This document shows positions 7,194-16,180 of a DNA stretch of 32,000 nucleotides, piece by piece (the first letter of the stretch is position 1; every line of letters starts with the position of its first letter). The notes under the pieces were generated by a model. The model saw only the letters and a program-made list of their open reading frames with translations, made no database searches and had not been told where the DNA came from. This DNA is from Candidatus Nanobsidianus stetteri. Its GTDB lineage: Archaea > Nanobdellota > Nanobdellia > Nanobdellales > Nanobdellaceae. A program made the translations under genes and the position numbers. The stretch covers positions 8,621-40,620 of the forward strand of contig NZ_QEFP02000007.1 in the NCBI RefSeq assembly GCF_003086415.1, written 5' to 3'.

Positions 7194-8483
7194 ATGTATA
7201 ATTTACCATCAGGATTAAGAGATTTTCCCACCGAAATAAAAATATTAAGAAATAAAATATTTAGTAAAATAGAAGAAATATTTAAAAGATTTGGATTTGA
7301 TCCAATAGAAACTCCAACAATAGAATATTGGGATACATTAAAAGGGAAATATGGAGAAGAGGCAGAAAATAAATTAATATGGAGATTTAAATTACCATAT
7401 TCTGATAAAGAATATGCATTAAGATATGATCAAACAGTACCTTTAGCAAGATTTTTTTCAAATCATAGACCAGCTTTGCCATTTAAGAGATATGTAATAG
7501 ATAAATCTTATAGATATGAAAATCCACAAAGGGGAAGGTATAGGGAATTTTATCAGGCAGATTTTGATATAATAGGGTCAAAAAATCCAGAATCTGATGC
7601 AGAGATATTAAATATTGTAAATTTTATATTTAAGGAATTCAATTTTTCTAATTATAAGATTATAATAAATGATAGAGAATTCTTAAGATTTATTTTTGAA
7701 AAAAATTTAAATATAAATGAAGAAAAAATAAAGAAAGTATATACAATAATAGATAAGTTAGATAAAATTGGAATAGAAAATGTAAAGAGAGAATTAAATA
7801 ATGTTGTTGGAGAATTATCTGATAAAATTGTTGAAATAATATCATTAAAGAACCAGGAAGTAATTGATTATTTATCAAAATATGAGGAAATATCAAAAGA
7901 AATAAATTACTTTAATAACATTTTAGATCTATTAAATGATAAAAGTAAAATAGAAATAAATTTATCTTTAGTAAGAGGTTTAGATTATTATACAGGTATG
8001 ATATATGAAGCTATTGTTGAAAAACCAAAAATTGGATCTTTGTCTGGAGGGGGAAGATATGATAATTTATTAAAATTATTTACAAATGAAGAAATACCTG
8101 CTGTTGGAGGAAGTATTGGGGTAGAAAGATTAATTGATGCGGGAATAGAATTGGGAATATTTAAGATTGATAAAAAAACATATACAGAAATATGTGTAAT
8201 ATATTTTGAAGATACATTTAAGGATGCATGGAATATATGTAATAAATTGAGAGAAATTGGATTAAACTGTTATATTGATTTAATGAGAAGAGATTTTAAT
8301 AAGCAAATAAAATATGCAGTAGATAAAGATATAAGGTTCTTATTAATTGTTGGAAAGAAAGAATTATCGGAGAATAGTGTTTTACTACAAGATAGGTATA
8401 CAAAGGAAAGAATCAAAATTTCGATCAATAATTTGGAAGATATCTACAGAATAGTAAAAAATAGGATTGAAAATAGTTATTGA
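7194..8483 (+). CDS. hisS: Histidyl-tRNA synthetase
   Basis: It contains GLRDFPTE, LRYDQTVPLARF, class II motif 2 (RGRYREFYQADFDIIG), and GGGRYDNL with AVGGSIGVERL (motif 3), plus a C-terminal anticodon-binding domain. Confidence 0.93.
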   Translation: MYNLPSGLRDFPTEIKILRNKIFSKIEEIFKRFGFDPIETPTIEYWDTLKGKYGEEAENKLIWRFKLPYSDKEYALRYDQTVPLARFFSNHRPALPFKRYVIDKSYRYENPQRGRYREFYQADFDIIGSKNPESDAEILNIVNFIFKEFNFSNYKIIINDREFLRFIFEKNLNINEEKIKKVYTIIDKLDKIGIENVKRELNNVVGELSDKIVEIISLKNQEVIDYLSKYEEISKEINYFNNILDLLNDKSKIEINLSLVRGLDYYTGMIYEAIVEKPKIGSLSGGGRYDNLLKLFTNEEIPAVGGSIGVERLIDAGIELGIFKIDKKTYTEICVIYFEDTFKDAWNICNKLREIGLNCYIDLMRRDFNKQIKYAVDKDIRFLLIVGKKELSENSVLLQDRYTKERIKISINNLEDIYRIVKNRIENSY

Positions 8484-8561
8484 TAGGTTATTAATATTAT
8501 AAATATTTTTTATTAGGATAAAGAAAATCTTAAAAATTCTATTTATAAAATTTATTAAAAA

Positions 8562-8659
8562 TAAAATTTATAAATTTCAAAAGCGTATATATAAAGCTCA
8601 TTTTATGCAAAAATAAAAATGGTGGTTATATATTACTACTTTGAAATTTATAAATTTTA
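8562..8659. repeat. 20-bp perfect inverted repeat (TAAAATTTATAAATTTCAAA / TTTGAAATTTATAAATTTTA) flanking a 58-nt spacer
   Basis: Read directly from the sequence. The arms are at 8562-8581 and 8640-8659, in the convergent hisS / glycosyltransferase intergenic region. The right arm covers the stop codon of the glycosyltransferase gene. Confidence 0.7.
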
Positions 8660-9715
8660 CTTTCCATATACAATACCTTTTGTAAATACCCAATTAATTA
8701 TAGCAGCAATAAATATAGCAATAAGTTGTGATATCAAGTAATTTATTCCAAATATATAATAAAATAATAAGGCAGATAAATATTGAACAGGTTTTGATAA
8801 TAAACCTCTTCCTCCAAAAAATAATAAAAATCTTTCTAAAAGTTTTCTCTTTTTAATTTTAAATACAAATAAATCATTTAAAATGAAATTCCATATAATT
8901 GAAATTAAAATTGCTAGGAAAGAGGAAATATAAAAAGGAAAATAAAATATTAATAAATATAAAGATAATAAGTTAATAACAATTCCGGATAATCCTACCA
9001 AATAAAATTTTATAAATTGAAAAATATCAAATAATAAAAAAACCTGTTTTAAATATGAAAAAATTATCCTTTTACCCAATTTAGATTTTCCATGTTTTCT
9101 CTCTTTAAAAGTATAAGGAATCTCTATTAATTTATTATAATTTACTTTTACTAATATATCTAATAGAACCTTATAACTAAATGGATCAGAAACTTTAAAG
9201 TTATTTAATAGATCTCTTTTTATTAAAAAATATCCACTTAATGGATCCTTTACTTTTAATGTTTCTGGTAAAAAAATATATGCAATAAAAATTGCTGTTT
9301 TTGATATAAATTCCCTTATAATATTCCAATTATCTATTTTTCCTCCCTTAATATATCTTGATGCAATAACCAGATCATAACCTTCTAAAGCCTTTTCATA
9401 CATTTTTTTCAATAATTCTGGAGGATGTTGAAGATCAGCATCCATTAATACAATATATTTTCCATTGGAATGTTTTACCCCATCTATAAAGGCAGAAGAT
9501 AAACCTTTTCTATATCCTCTTTCAACAATTTTTATATTTTTATATTTTTCTTTTAGTTTTTCTATTTCTTCAATCGTCCCATCATTTGATCCATCATCTA
9601 CAAAAATTATTTCATATTTTATATCATTTAAACTTTCTCTTATTCTTTTTACTAATTCATTAATATTTTCTTTTTCATTTAATGTTGGTATTATTATAGA
9701 TATATCTATGTTCAT
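8657..9715 (-). CDS. Family 2 glycosyltransferase (dolichyl-phosphate hexose synthase-like) fused to a GtrA-like membrane domain
   Basis: ISIIIPTLNEKENI, VDDGSNDGT and LMDADLQHPPE are GT2/Dpm1-type motifs. The C-terminal ~120 aa form 4 hydrophobic helices typical of GtrA-like domains. Confidence 0.85.
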   Translation of the reverse strand: MNIDISIIIPTLNEKENINELVKRIRESLNDIKYEIIFVDDGSNDGTIEEIEKLKEKYKNIKIVERGYRKGLSSAFIDGVKHSNGKYIVLMDADLQHPPELLKKMYEKALEGYDLVIASRYIKGGKIDNWNIIREFISKTAIFIAYIFLPETLKVKDPLSGYFLIKRDLLNNFKVSDPFSYKVLLDILVKVNYNKLIEIPYTFKERKHGKSKLGKRIIFSYLKQVFLLFDIFQFIKFYLVGLSGIVINLLSLYLLIFYFPFYISSFLAILISIIWNFILNDLFVFKIKKRKLLERFLLFFGGRGLLSKPVQYLSALLFYYIFGINYLISQLIAIFIAAIINWVFTKGIVYGK

Positions 9716-9771
9716 TGATTATTTTAAGTCCTTTATTTACTTTAAAAATATTTTCTTTATATTATCATTAA

Positions 9772-9936
9772 ATGACAAGATTGGGTGGTACAAATAAAGT
9801 AAATCATGTTATATGTAGAAGATGTGGTAGAAAAACATATAATCCTGATAAGGGATATTGTTCACACTGTGGATTTGGAAGAAGTAGCAAAATAAGGGCC
9901 TATGCATGGTCATATAAATTTAAAAGAAAATGGTAG
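9772..9936 (+). CDS. rpl37e: 50S ribosomal protein eL37 (54 aa; absent from the supplied ORF track)
   Basis: My own translation is MTRLGGTNKVNHVICRRCGRKTYNPDKGYCSHCGFGRSSKIRAYAWSYKFKRKW. It has the C4 zinc ribbon and the ..R.Y.WS.K.KR tail of eL37. It overlaps the uS5 start by 7 nt. Confidence 0.85.
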   Translation: MTRLGGTNKVNHVICRRCGRKTYNPDKGYCSHCGFGRSSKIRAYAWSYKFKRKW

Positions 9937-10688
9937 AAGAACAAAAAGAAGTTGAAGAAGTAAAAAAAGAACAGGAGGCTTTAGAAAAAATAGGATCACA
10001 AAAGTTTAATTTAGAATCTTGGAATCCAAAAACTAATCTTGGTAAATTGGTAAAAGAGGGAAAAATAAATTCAATTGAGCAAGTATTTAAAAATGGTTAT
10101 AAAATATTAGAACCAGAAATTGTAGACGCATTAATACCAGATTTAAAATATGAATATATTAGATTATCATTATCTAAAGGTAAATATAGGAGGCCAAAGT
10201 TTGTAAAGATGGTTCAAAGAAAAACTGCTGAAGGTAATAAAACATCATGGGTTTCTGTTGCTGTTGTTGGAAATGAAAATGGATATGTTGGGGTTGGAAT
10301 TGGAAAATCTTCAGATATTGCTTTATGTATGGAGAAGGCATTAAGAAATGCAAAATTAAATATTATACCAATTGCTAGGGGTTGTGGATCATGGGAATGT
10401 GCATTTAAGACTCCACATTCTTTACCATTTAAAGTTGAAGGATCTTATGGTTCTGTAAGAGTTGTATTATTACCAGCTCCAAGAGGAGTTGGATTGGTAG
10501 CACCTGAAGAAATGAAAAAGATATTTAGATTAGCAGGTATAAAAGATCTATGGATGAAATCTTTTGGACAGACTAGGAGGAGATATAACTTTGCAATGGC
10601 AATTTATAATGCATTAAGAAAAACAGTAGAATATAGAATTAAGGAAGAATATGCCAAATATTCTGGATTGAAGATTGGATTTGTATAA
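9930..10688 (+). CDS. rps5: 30S ribosomal protein uS5
   Basis: VSVAVVGNENGYVGVGIGKSSDIALCMEKALRNAKLNIIPI and the C-terminal domain GVGLVAPEEMKKIFRLAGIKD are uS5-like. Confidence 0.92.
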   Translation: MVEEQKEVEEVKKEQEALEKIGSQKFNLESWNPKTNLGKLVKEGKINSIEQVFKNGYKILEPEIVDALIPDLKYEYIRLSLSKGKYRRPKFVKMVQRKTAEGNKTSWVSVAVVGNENGYVGVGIGKSSDIALCMEKALRNAKLNIIPIARGCGSWECAFKTPHSLPFKVEGSYGSVRVVLLPAPRGVGLVAPEEMKKIFRLAGIKDLWMKSFGQTRRRYNFAMAIYNALRKTVEYRIKEEYAKYSGLKIGFV

Positions 10689-10689
10689 A

Positions 10690-11160
10690 ATGGGATTATT
10701 AGCTATTGTAAGAATAAAAGGAACTGTTAAGGCAAATAAAGAAATAAAAGATACATTATATTTGTTAAGATTAAGAAGAAATAATTATGCAGTAATAATG
10801 AAAGATACAAAAGATATAAGAGGAATGATAAAAAAAGTTGAGCCATGGGTTGCATGGGGAGAAATAGATAAAGAAACATTAAAGGAATTATTATTAAAGA
10901 GAGGAAGATTGGAAGGAAATAAAAGATTAACAGAAGATTATATTAAACAAACGTTAAATATGAATATTGATACATTTGTTGAAAAATTATTAAATAATGA
11001 AATAGATTTAGATTCAATACCAAAAATAAAAAAGGTATTTAGACTAAAACCTCCATCAGGGGGTTATCCAAGAGGAGGTATAAAGGTTCCATATAATCAA
11101 GGTGGAGCATATGGGTACTATGGAAAAGATATAAATATATTATTAAAGAAAATGATATAA
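10690..11160 (+). CDS. rpl30: 50S ribosomal protein uL30
   Basis: MGLLAIVRIKGTVKANKEIKDTLYLLRLRRNNYAVIM is uL30-like. I prefer the ATG at 10690, just after the uS5 stop, to the TTG at 10675 in the ORF track. Confidence 0.88.
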   Translation: MGLLAIVRIKGTVKANKEIKDTLYLLRLRRNNYAVIMKDTKDIRGMIKKVEPWVAWGEIDKETLKELLLKRGRLEGNKRLTEDYIKQTLNMNIDTFVEKLLNNEIDLDSIPKIKKVFRLKPPSGGYPRGGIKVPYNQGGAYGYYGKDINILLKKMI

Positions 11161-11161
11161 A

Positions 11162-11719
11162 ATGGCGAAGAGACCCTGGAGAATATTCAAAGAAATTGAA
11201 AGACCTTATACAAGATTTTCATATAGTAAATCGTATAATAAAATCCCAGGTGCTCCAGTATCAAAGCTAAGGATGCAAATTATGGGGATAACAAATATAC
11301 CAAAAGATCAATGGAAATATGTCGGACATCTAATTGCATTACATAATGTTCAGGTATCGGATTATTCTTTAGAATCTGTAAGAACAAATATATTGAAATA
11401 CTTAGAAAGTGAAGTAAAAGAATTCCTATTTATTGTAAGAAAATATCCACATCATGTTGTAAGAGAACATGCATTGGTATATGGCGCAGGTGCGGATAGA
11501 ATTTCACAAGGAATGAGACATGCATTTGGAAGACCTTATACAAGAGCTGCACAGGTATATTATAAAAACATTATTTTATCAATATATTATAATAAACCAG
11601 AATTTACAAATAGAATAAGCTTTTATTTAGATGTAGCAAGAAAAAAATTAGCAGGAAAATATAAGAAATATATAGGAGAAAACAAACCAGAAGAAGTTAT
11701 TTTATCATCTGTTGTCTAG
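11162..11719 (+). CDS. rpl10e: 50S ribosomal protein uL16 (L10e)
   Basis: RPWRIFKEIERPYTR...IPGAPVSKL and GADRISQGMRHAFGRPYTRAAQV match the L10e pattern. Confidence 0.88.
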   Translation: MAKRPWRIFKEIERPYTRFSYSKSYNKIPGAPVSKLRMQIMGITNIPKDQWKYVGHLIALHNVQVSDYSLESVRTNILKYLESEVKEFLFIVRKYPHHVVREHALVYGAGADRISQGMRHAFGRPYTRAAQVYYKNIILSIYYNKPEFTNRISFYLDVARKKLAGKYKKYIGENKPEEVILSSVV

Positions 11720-12755
11720 ATATTTCATATTCTAATAATAATAGTTTTTTCAAATCTTTTATATCTTTAGAGATGAATAATCTCCCCCTTCCATATTTTA
11801 CTATTTCTTTCGCAATTTTTTCTCCTTCATTATTTAATTGTATCCCAATTATAGATATATAATAGTATTGACTTAATTCCTTAGCTAATCTTAAAGTTCT
11901 TTCTACTGGATTTTTTCCTTTTGTTGGCAAAGCATCTGTTATTAATATTACATGTCCATTTTCACCTTTATTTAATAAATAATTAAATGCCAGAGCAATA
12001 TCTGTACTTCCATTTGGTATAATCCTTAATATATCTATTATATCTTTTAATCCTCTAACATTATTATATTCTTTAACAATTTTATCATTAAATAATATTA
12101 TATCTAATAGGTTATTATCTTCCAATATCTTTGATGTTAATAATATTAAAGCCTTTTTTGCTTCAAATATTTTTTCTCCAATCATACTTCCAGATACATC
12201 TAATAGAATTATATATTTACCACCTTTGTTTTCTCTATTAACATTAATAATAAATCTTACAAAATCTTTATTTTTTATATAATTTCTTATTGTTTCTTTT
12301 ATATCAATTTTATTATATTTATCCCCAATACTAAAATATTTTTTATAAAATTCTTCATCATTTCCAATATAATATGATGAGTATTTTCCATATTCAAATA
12401 TTCCTTCAATTTCCTTTTCTATATTTCCTATTAAATATTTAGAATATTCCATTAAAGATTTTTCAGTTAATTCTCCATTTTCATCTATATATCCTTCACT
12501 AGTCAATATTTCCTTTATTTTGTTTAAAGATTTCCTAAATTCTTTATTAAACCTATAATCTTTATCCTCTCTTATTCTTTTTTCATCATATTCAGTTAAT
12601 TTTGATAATATATCTGAATATTCTTCTCTATTTTCCATAATTTTATCTATATCAAATATTGGATATCCTTCTTTTATCATTTTTTCAATTAATTCATTTA
12701 TATTTTTCTTAATATCTTTTGAACTATATTTAAAAGATTCTCCAGGTCTATTCAA
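11697..12755 (-). CDS. von Willebrand factor A (VWA) domain protein with a ~175-aa unknown N-terminal region
   Basis: It has a complete MIDAS motif: DVSGSM, NGSTDIA and ILITDALPT. It lies directly downstream of the AAA+ gene. I see no signal peptide or TM segment. Confidence 0.75.
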   Translation of the reverse strand: MNRPGESFKYSSKDIKKNINELIEKMIKEGYPIFDIDKIMENREEYSDILSKLTEYDEKRIREDKDYRFNKEFRKSLNKIKEILTSEGYIDENGELTEKSLMEYSKYLIGNIEKEIEGIFEYGKYSSYYIGNDEEFYKKYFSIGDKYNKIDIKETIRNYIKNKDFVRFIINVNRENKGGKYIILLDVSGSMIGEKIFEAKKALILLTSKILEDNNLLDIILFNDKIVKEYNNVRGLKDIIDILRIIPNGSTDIALAFNYLLNKGENGHVILITDALPTKGKNPVERTLRLAKELSQYYYISIIGIQLNNEGEKIAKEIVKYGRGRLFISKDIKDLKKLLLLEYEISRQQMIK

Positions 12756-12768
12756 TAAATTTTCTGAA

Positions 12769-13809
12769 TCAACTCCGAAAGTCTTTTCCTATTATAAAAG
12801 AATTCCATTGATTTTTTATATATTCTTCTTCATTTATTTCCATTTTATATGATGGTTTTAATCTTATCCTATGTGGTAATATTGATAGTAAGGATTCAAA
12901 TATATGTTGAATCTCAACACTTTCTTTCTTATCTATTATCGCCAAAGCTTGTGCTTTTTCATAAATACCAATTGTAGATCTAACAGATGGTTTTCTTTCC
13001 AATTTATCATCTTTTCTTAATTTTTGTATAAATTCAATTGTCAATTCCAATAATTTTTCAGGAAAATTAACATCCAAACTTTTTCCATATTTTAATATAA
13101 TCTTCTTCTCTTCTTCAATATCTTTTGGATAATCTAAATTTATTATATCAAATCTATCTAATAATACATCAGATATTTTTTCAGTTCCATAATAACTTTC
13201 AGGATTCATTGTAGCAATAAATATTATATCTAATGGTATTTGAAATTCATATGTTCCAATTGTTATTTTCTTTTCTTCTAATAATTCTAATAAACTATTT
13301 TGAACCTTTGGAGGTGCTCTATTTATTTCATCAAAAAATAATACACCATGATGTGCTCTAAATATTTTTCCAGGTATAAAAGATTCTAAAGAATGTATCC
13401 CATATTTTAATGCTTTTGAAGGATAAATATCTCCAATTAAATCTTCTACTGATAGATCATAAGAACCTTGTATTCTAATAAATCTATCTTCTCCCCTTAT
13501 TTTTATAAAAGGACCTTCCTTCCATTTTTTTCTATATTCTTCAGAGACAAAAGGGAATTCTTCATATGCCCATAAAGGAATCCCTTCTGGAAAATCAATT
13601 TCAGGCAATAATTTTGCTATATTTTTTGCTAAAGTTGTTTTTCCAGTACCTGGAGGTCCTATTATTAATATATTTCTCCCAGAAATTAATGAAGATAAGA
13701 TTTGTCTCTTTGCATTTTCTTGTCCAATTATAGAATCAAATGGATCTTTTCCTTCTTTAATATAATTATTAATTAGTATATCCTTTATCTGTTCTCTTAT
13801 TTTGATCAT
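12769..13809 (-). CDS. AAA+ ATPase, ChlI/MoxR-like
   Basis: It contains IIGQENAKRQIL, Walker A (GPPGTGKTTLAKNIAKLLPEI), Walker B (VLFFDEINRAPPKVQNSLLELLEE), MNPES...LLDRFD and a C-terminal lid. Confidence 0.8.
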   Translation of the reverse strand: MIKIREQIKDILINNYIKEGKDPFDSIIGQENAKRQILSSLISGRNILIIGPPGTGKTTLAKNIAKLLPEIDFPEGIPLWAYEEFPFVSEEYRKKWKEGPFIKIRGEDRFIRIQGSYDLSVEDLIGDIYPSKALKYGIHSLESFIPGKIFRAHHGVLFFDEINRAPPKVQNSLLELLEEKKITIGTYEFQIPLDIIFIATMNPESYYGTEKISDVLLDRFDIINLDYPKDIEEEKKIILKYGKSLDVNFPEKLLELTIEFIQKLRKDDKLERKPSVRSTIGIYEKAQALAIIDKKESVEIQHIFESLLSILPHRIRLKPSYKMEINEEEYIKNQWNSFIIGKDFRS

Positions 13810-13847
13810 ATTTATTATTTTATATTTTTCTTTAAAATATTATAATT

Positions 13848-14537
13848 ATGGTCATATTTTACAATTTAAAAGGGGTAGCAATAGATTTGGATGGTACACT
13901 TATAAATAGCTTGAAAGTTTATGATGAGGTTCATAAAAAAATATTGGAAAAATATAACATAAAGTTAGATGGATCATTGGACAATTTTGGAATGTCTCCA
14001 GAGGAAATAATATATGATATAGTGAATAAATATAATTTAAATATACCAATTGAGGATTTAAAGAGAGAATTTGAAAATATAATAATAAATGAATATATGG
14101 AAAAGATAAAATTTAATCCGGGAGCAAAACAAATATTAAATTATTTTAAGGATAAAAAATATAAAATGGCAATTTTTACTTCAAATACTAGAAGATTGAC
14201 AATAGAGATATTAAAATATTTACATATATATAATTTATTTGATATTATAATAACTTCTGATGATGTAAAACAGACAAAACCAGATCCAGAAGGCTATATT
14301 AAAATATTAAAAGGATTTTCTGTATTACCAAATGAAATATTGGCAATAGAAGATTCTATATATGGTGTTATTGCTGCAAAAAGGGCCGGAATAAATGTAA
14401 TAGGGGTTACTAGTGGTGTAAATAAAAAGAGAGAATTAATTTCTGCCGGTGCTACAATGGTATTTAAAAATTTAAAGGAATTATATAATTACCTTATAGA
14501 AGAAGATAATAAGAATAATCAAAATAATAATCAATAA
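13848..14537 (+). CDS. HAD-superfamily hydrolase (subfamily IA, phosphatase / beta-PGM-like)
   Basis: All four HAD motifs are present: DLDGTL, FTSN, KPDPEGY and EDSIYG. Confidence 0.8.
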   Translation: MVIFYNLKGVAIDLDGTLINSLKVYDEVHKKILEKYNIKLDGSLDNFGMSPEEIIYDIVNKYNLNIPIEDLKREFENIIINEYMEKIKFNPGAKQILNYFKDKKYKMAIFTSNTRRLTIEILKYLHIYNLFDIIITSDDVKQTKPDPEGYIKILKGFSVLPNEILAIEDSIYGVIAAKRAGINVIGVTSGVNKKRELISAGATMVFKNLKELYNYLIEEDNKNNQNNNQ

Positions 14538-14717
14538 AATAATTAATAATATAATTGATAGTTGGTAAGAATTTGATATTAATATTGGTATTGGACCTAT
14601 TAATATTAATCCGGCGAATTTTGTATTAGAAGAATTTGATAATGAGTATATAAATAATAAAATAATTGAAATAAATAGAAAAATAATTGATAGAATCAAA
14701 AATATGTTGCTATTCAT
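14481..14717 (-). CDS. Small two-helix membrane protein (DUF131/TIGR00304-like)
   Basis: It has 78 aa with two hydrophobic helices separated by a GLILIGPIPILIS motif. That motif resembles the conserved GPIPI core I recall for this archaeal family. It is the last gene of an overlapping operon. Confidence 0.4.
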   Translation of the reverse strand: MNSNIFLILSIIFLFISIILLFIYSLSNSSNTKFAGLILIGPIPILISNSYQLSIILLIILLIIILIILIIFFYKVII

Positions 14718-14982
14718 TTAACTTTAATTTATAAAATTTCGAATGGCCAAAATGAATTATTAAATCAAATCCATATTTATCTAAATATATTGGTATATCA
14801 CATCCACCAAAATCTGATCCAAACCAAATATATATTTCAATATCTTTATATTTTTCCTTTATTTTATCATATATTTCCTTTGAATATGGTTTTAATCCAT
14901 CCGGAAATTGTAATAATATTTTTTTATATTTCTTTTTATCTAATGTTTCGAATATTTTATCTAATTCGAAATCTATCTCCAT
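14710..14982 (-). CDS. dph2: Dph2-like (diphthamide synthesis) N-terminal fragment, 90 aa only
   Basis: KKILLQFPDGLKPY...IWFGSDFGGCDIPIYLDKYGFDLIIHFGHS matches the first domain of archaeal Dph2 (LQFPEGL...YGACD...HxGHS). The frame stops after 90 aa, versus ~330 aa expected. The downstream ORF is unrelated. Confidence 0.6.
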   Translation of the reverse strand: MEIDFELDKIFETLDKKKYKKILLQFPDGLKPYSKEIYDKIKEKYKDIEIYIWFGSDFGGCDIPIYLDKYGFDLIIHFGHSKFYKLKLNE

Positions 14983-15728
14983 TTAAATATTTTTAATATA
15001 TTATCTATAAAGCTATTCCTAACCTTTAATTCCTTTCCAGTCATTTTTTCTGCAATTTTTATTATATCTCTAGAAGCTATAGAATTTATATTATAATCTA
15101 TTAAAGGTACACCTTTATTCATTGAAATTTGTACATTTTCATCATAATGAATTATCCCTATTATTTTCTTTTTAAAAAATTTTTCAGCATTTACATAATC
15201 TATATCCTTCTTTATCTTATTTAAAACAATCCCTAAGGTTTTTATATCTAAGTTATCTAATACTTTCGTAACCCTATAAGAATCAAACATTGCAGATTTT
15301 TCATAGTTTGTTATAATTATAACCTCTTCAGAAGCTTTTAATGCTTCCAAAGCTTCCTTACCAATTCCAGCAGCAGAATCTATAATAATATAATCAAAAT
15401 CATCATATATTTTCATTATTCCATTATGTAATTTTTCAGTAGAAATGTATATTAAATCTTTTATATCTAAACTTCCAGGAATTATATAAAAATTTTCTTC
15501 ATATTCCTTTATACAGTCATTTATGTCAATTTCCCCCCTTAAAAATTTATGTATATTGTTATTTTCATTACCCAATCCGAGATTTATTGATACATTTGGT
15601 GTAGTTAGATTAAAGTCAATTAATAATGTTTTAAAATTTAATAATGAGAGAGCTCTTGATAAATTTATAGAAAAGAAAGTTTTTCCTACTCCACCTTTCC
15701 CAGAAGATATTGTATATACTTTTGCCAT
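14973..15728 (-). CDS. minD: MinD/ParA-family P-loop ATPase
   Basis: It has a deviant Walker A (SSGKGGVGKTFFSINL), LIDFNL, a Walker B-like IIIDSAAG and a typical length of 251 aa. Confidence 0.85.
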   Translation of the reverse strand: MAKVYTISSGKGGVGKTFFSINLSRALSLLNFKTLLIDFNLTTPNVSINLGLGNENNNIHKFLRGEIDINDCIKEYEENFYIIPGSLDIKDLIYISTEKLHNGIMKIYDDFDYIIIDSAAGIGKEALEALKASEEVIIITNYEKSAMFDSYRVTKVLDNLDIKTLGIVLNKIKKDIDYVNAEKFFKKKIIGIIHYDENVQISMNKGVPLIDYNINSIASRDIIKIAEKMTGKELKVRNSFIDNILKIFKWR

Positions 15729-16180
15729 TATATATATTTACTAATAATTGTAGAAAATTTTTTAACGGATTCTGCAATATCTTTTAGTATCTTTATATTT
15801 ATTTCAAATTCTTCTCCACTTAATGTCCTAAATTTTATAACCATACTTTTTCTATATTCATTTATTATCCTTGCATCAGAATTTAAAGCAAGCTTTAATA
15901 GTTTATAATACTTTAAAGATTCTTCAAGTTCCTTATCCTTTGTAATTTCAATTATTTTTTTATACCTTTTAATTGGACTATCTGGAATTTCATCAATCAT
16001 TTTATTTTCATATAATTTCTTAAAAAATAATTCAATTGCATAGTCATAATATTCAATAACTGCTTTTATAAAGCTTCTAACAGTTTCCAATCCCTTATTA
16101 TTTTTCAATGAAACATTAAATATATGTAAAACCTCTTTATATCTTCTGTTATATTCTAAATTTTCTTCTAAATTAGGCAT
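15728..16180 (-). CDS. Hypothetical all-helical protein (150 aa)
   Basis: The ORF has codon and amino-acid usage like its neighbours. Its stop overlaps the MinD start by 1 nt (TAATG). No motif is recognised. Confidence 0.5.
   Translation of the reverse strand: MPNLEENLEYNRRYKEVLHIFNVSLKNNKGLETVRSFIKAVIEYYDYAIELFFKKLYENKMIDEIPDSPIKRYKKIIEITKDKELEESLKYYKLLKLALNSDARIINEYRKSMVIKFRTLSGEEFEINIKILKDIAESVKKFSTIISKYI

Noticed and set aside
10675-10689. The TTG start for uL30 at 10675.
   Set aside because: The ATG at 10690 directly follows the uS5 stop and gives the conserved MGLLAIVRIKG N-terminus.
14481-14537. A 57-nt convergent overlap between the HAD hydrolase tail (...EEDNKNNQNNNQ) and the C-terminal helix of the small membrane protein.
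   Set aside because: It is probably a trivial consequence of composition. The antisense of Ile/Leu codons encodes Asn/Lys/Gln without stops, so the HAD ORF simply reads on as a low-complexity tail. I see no evidence of functional significance.
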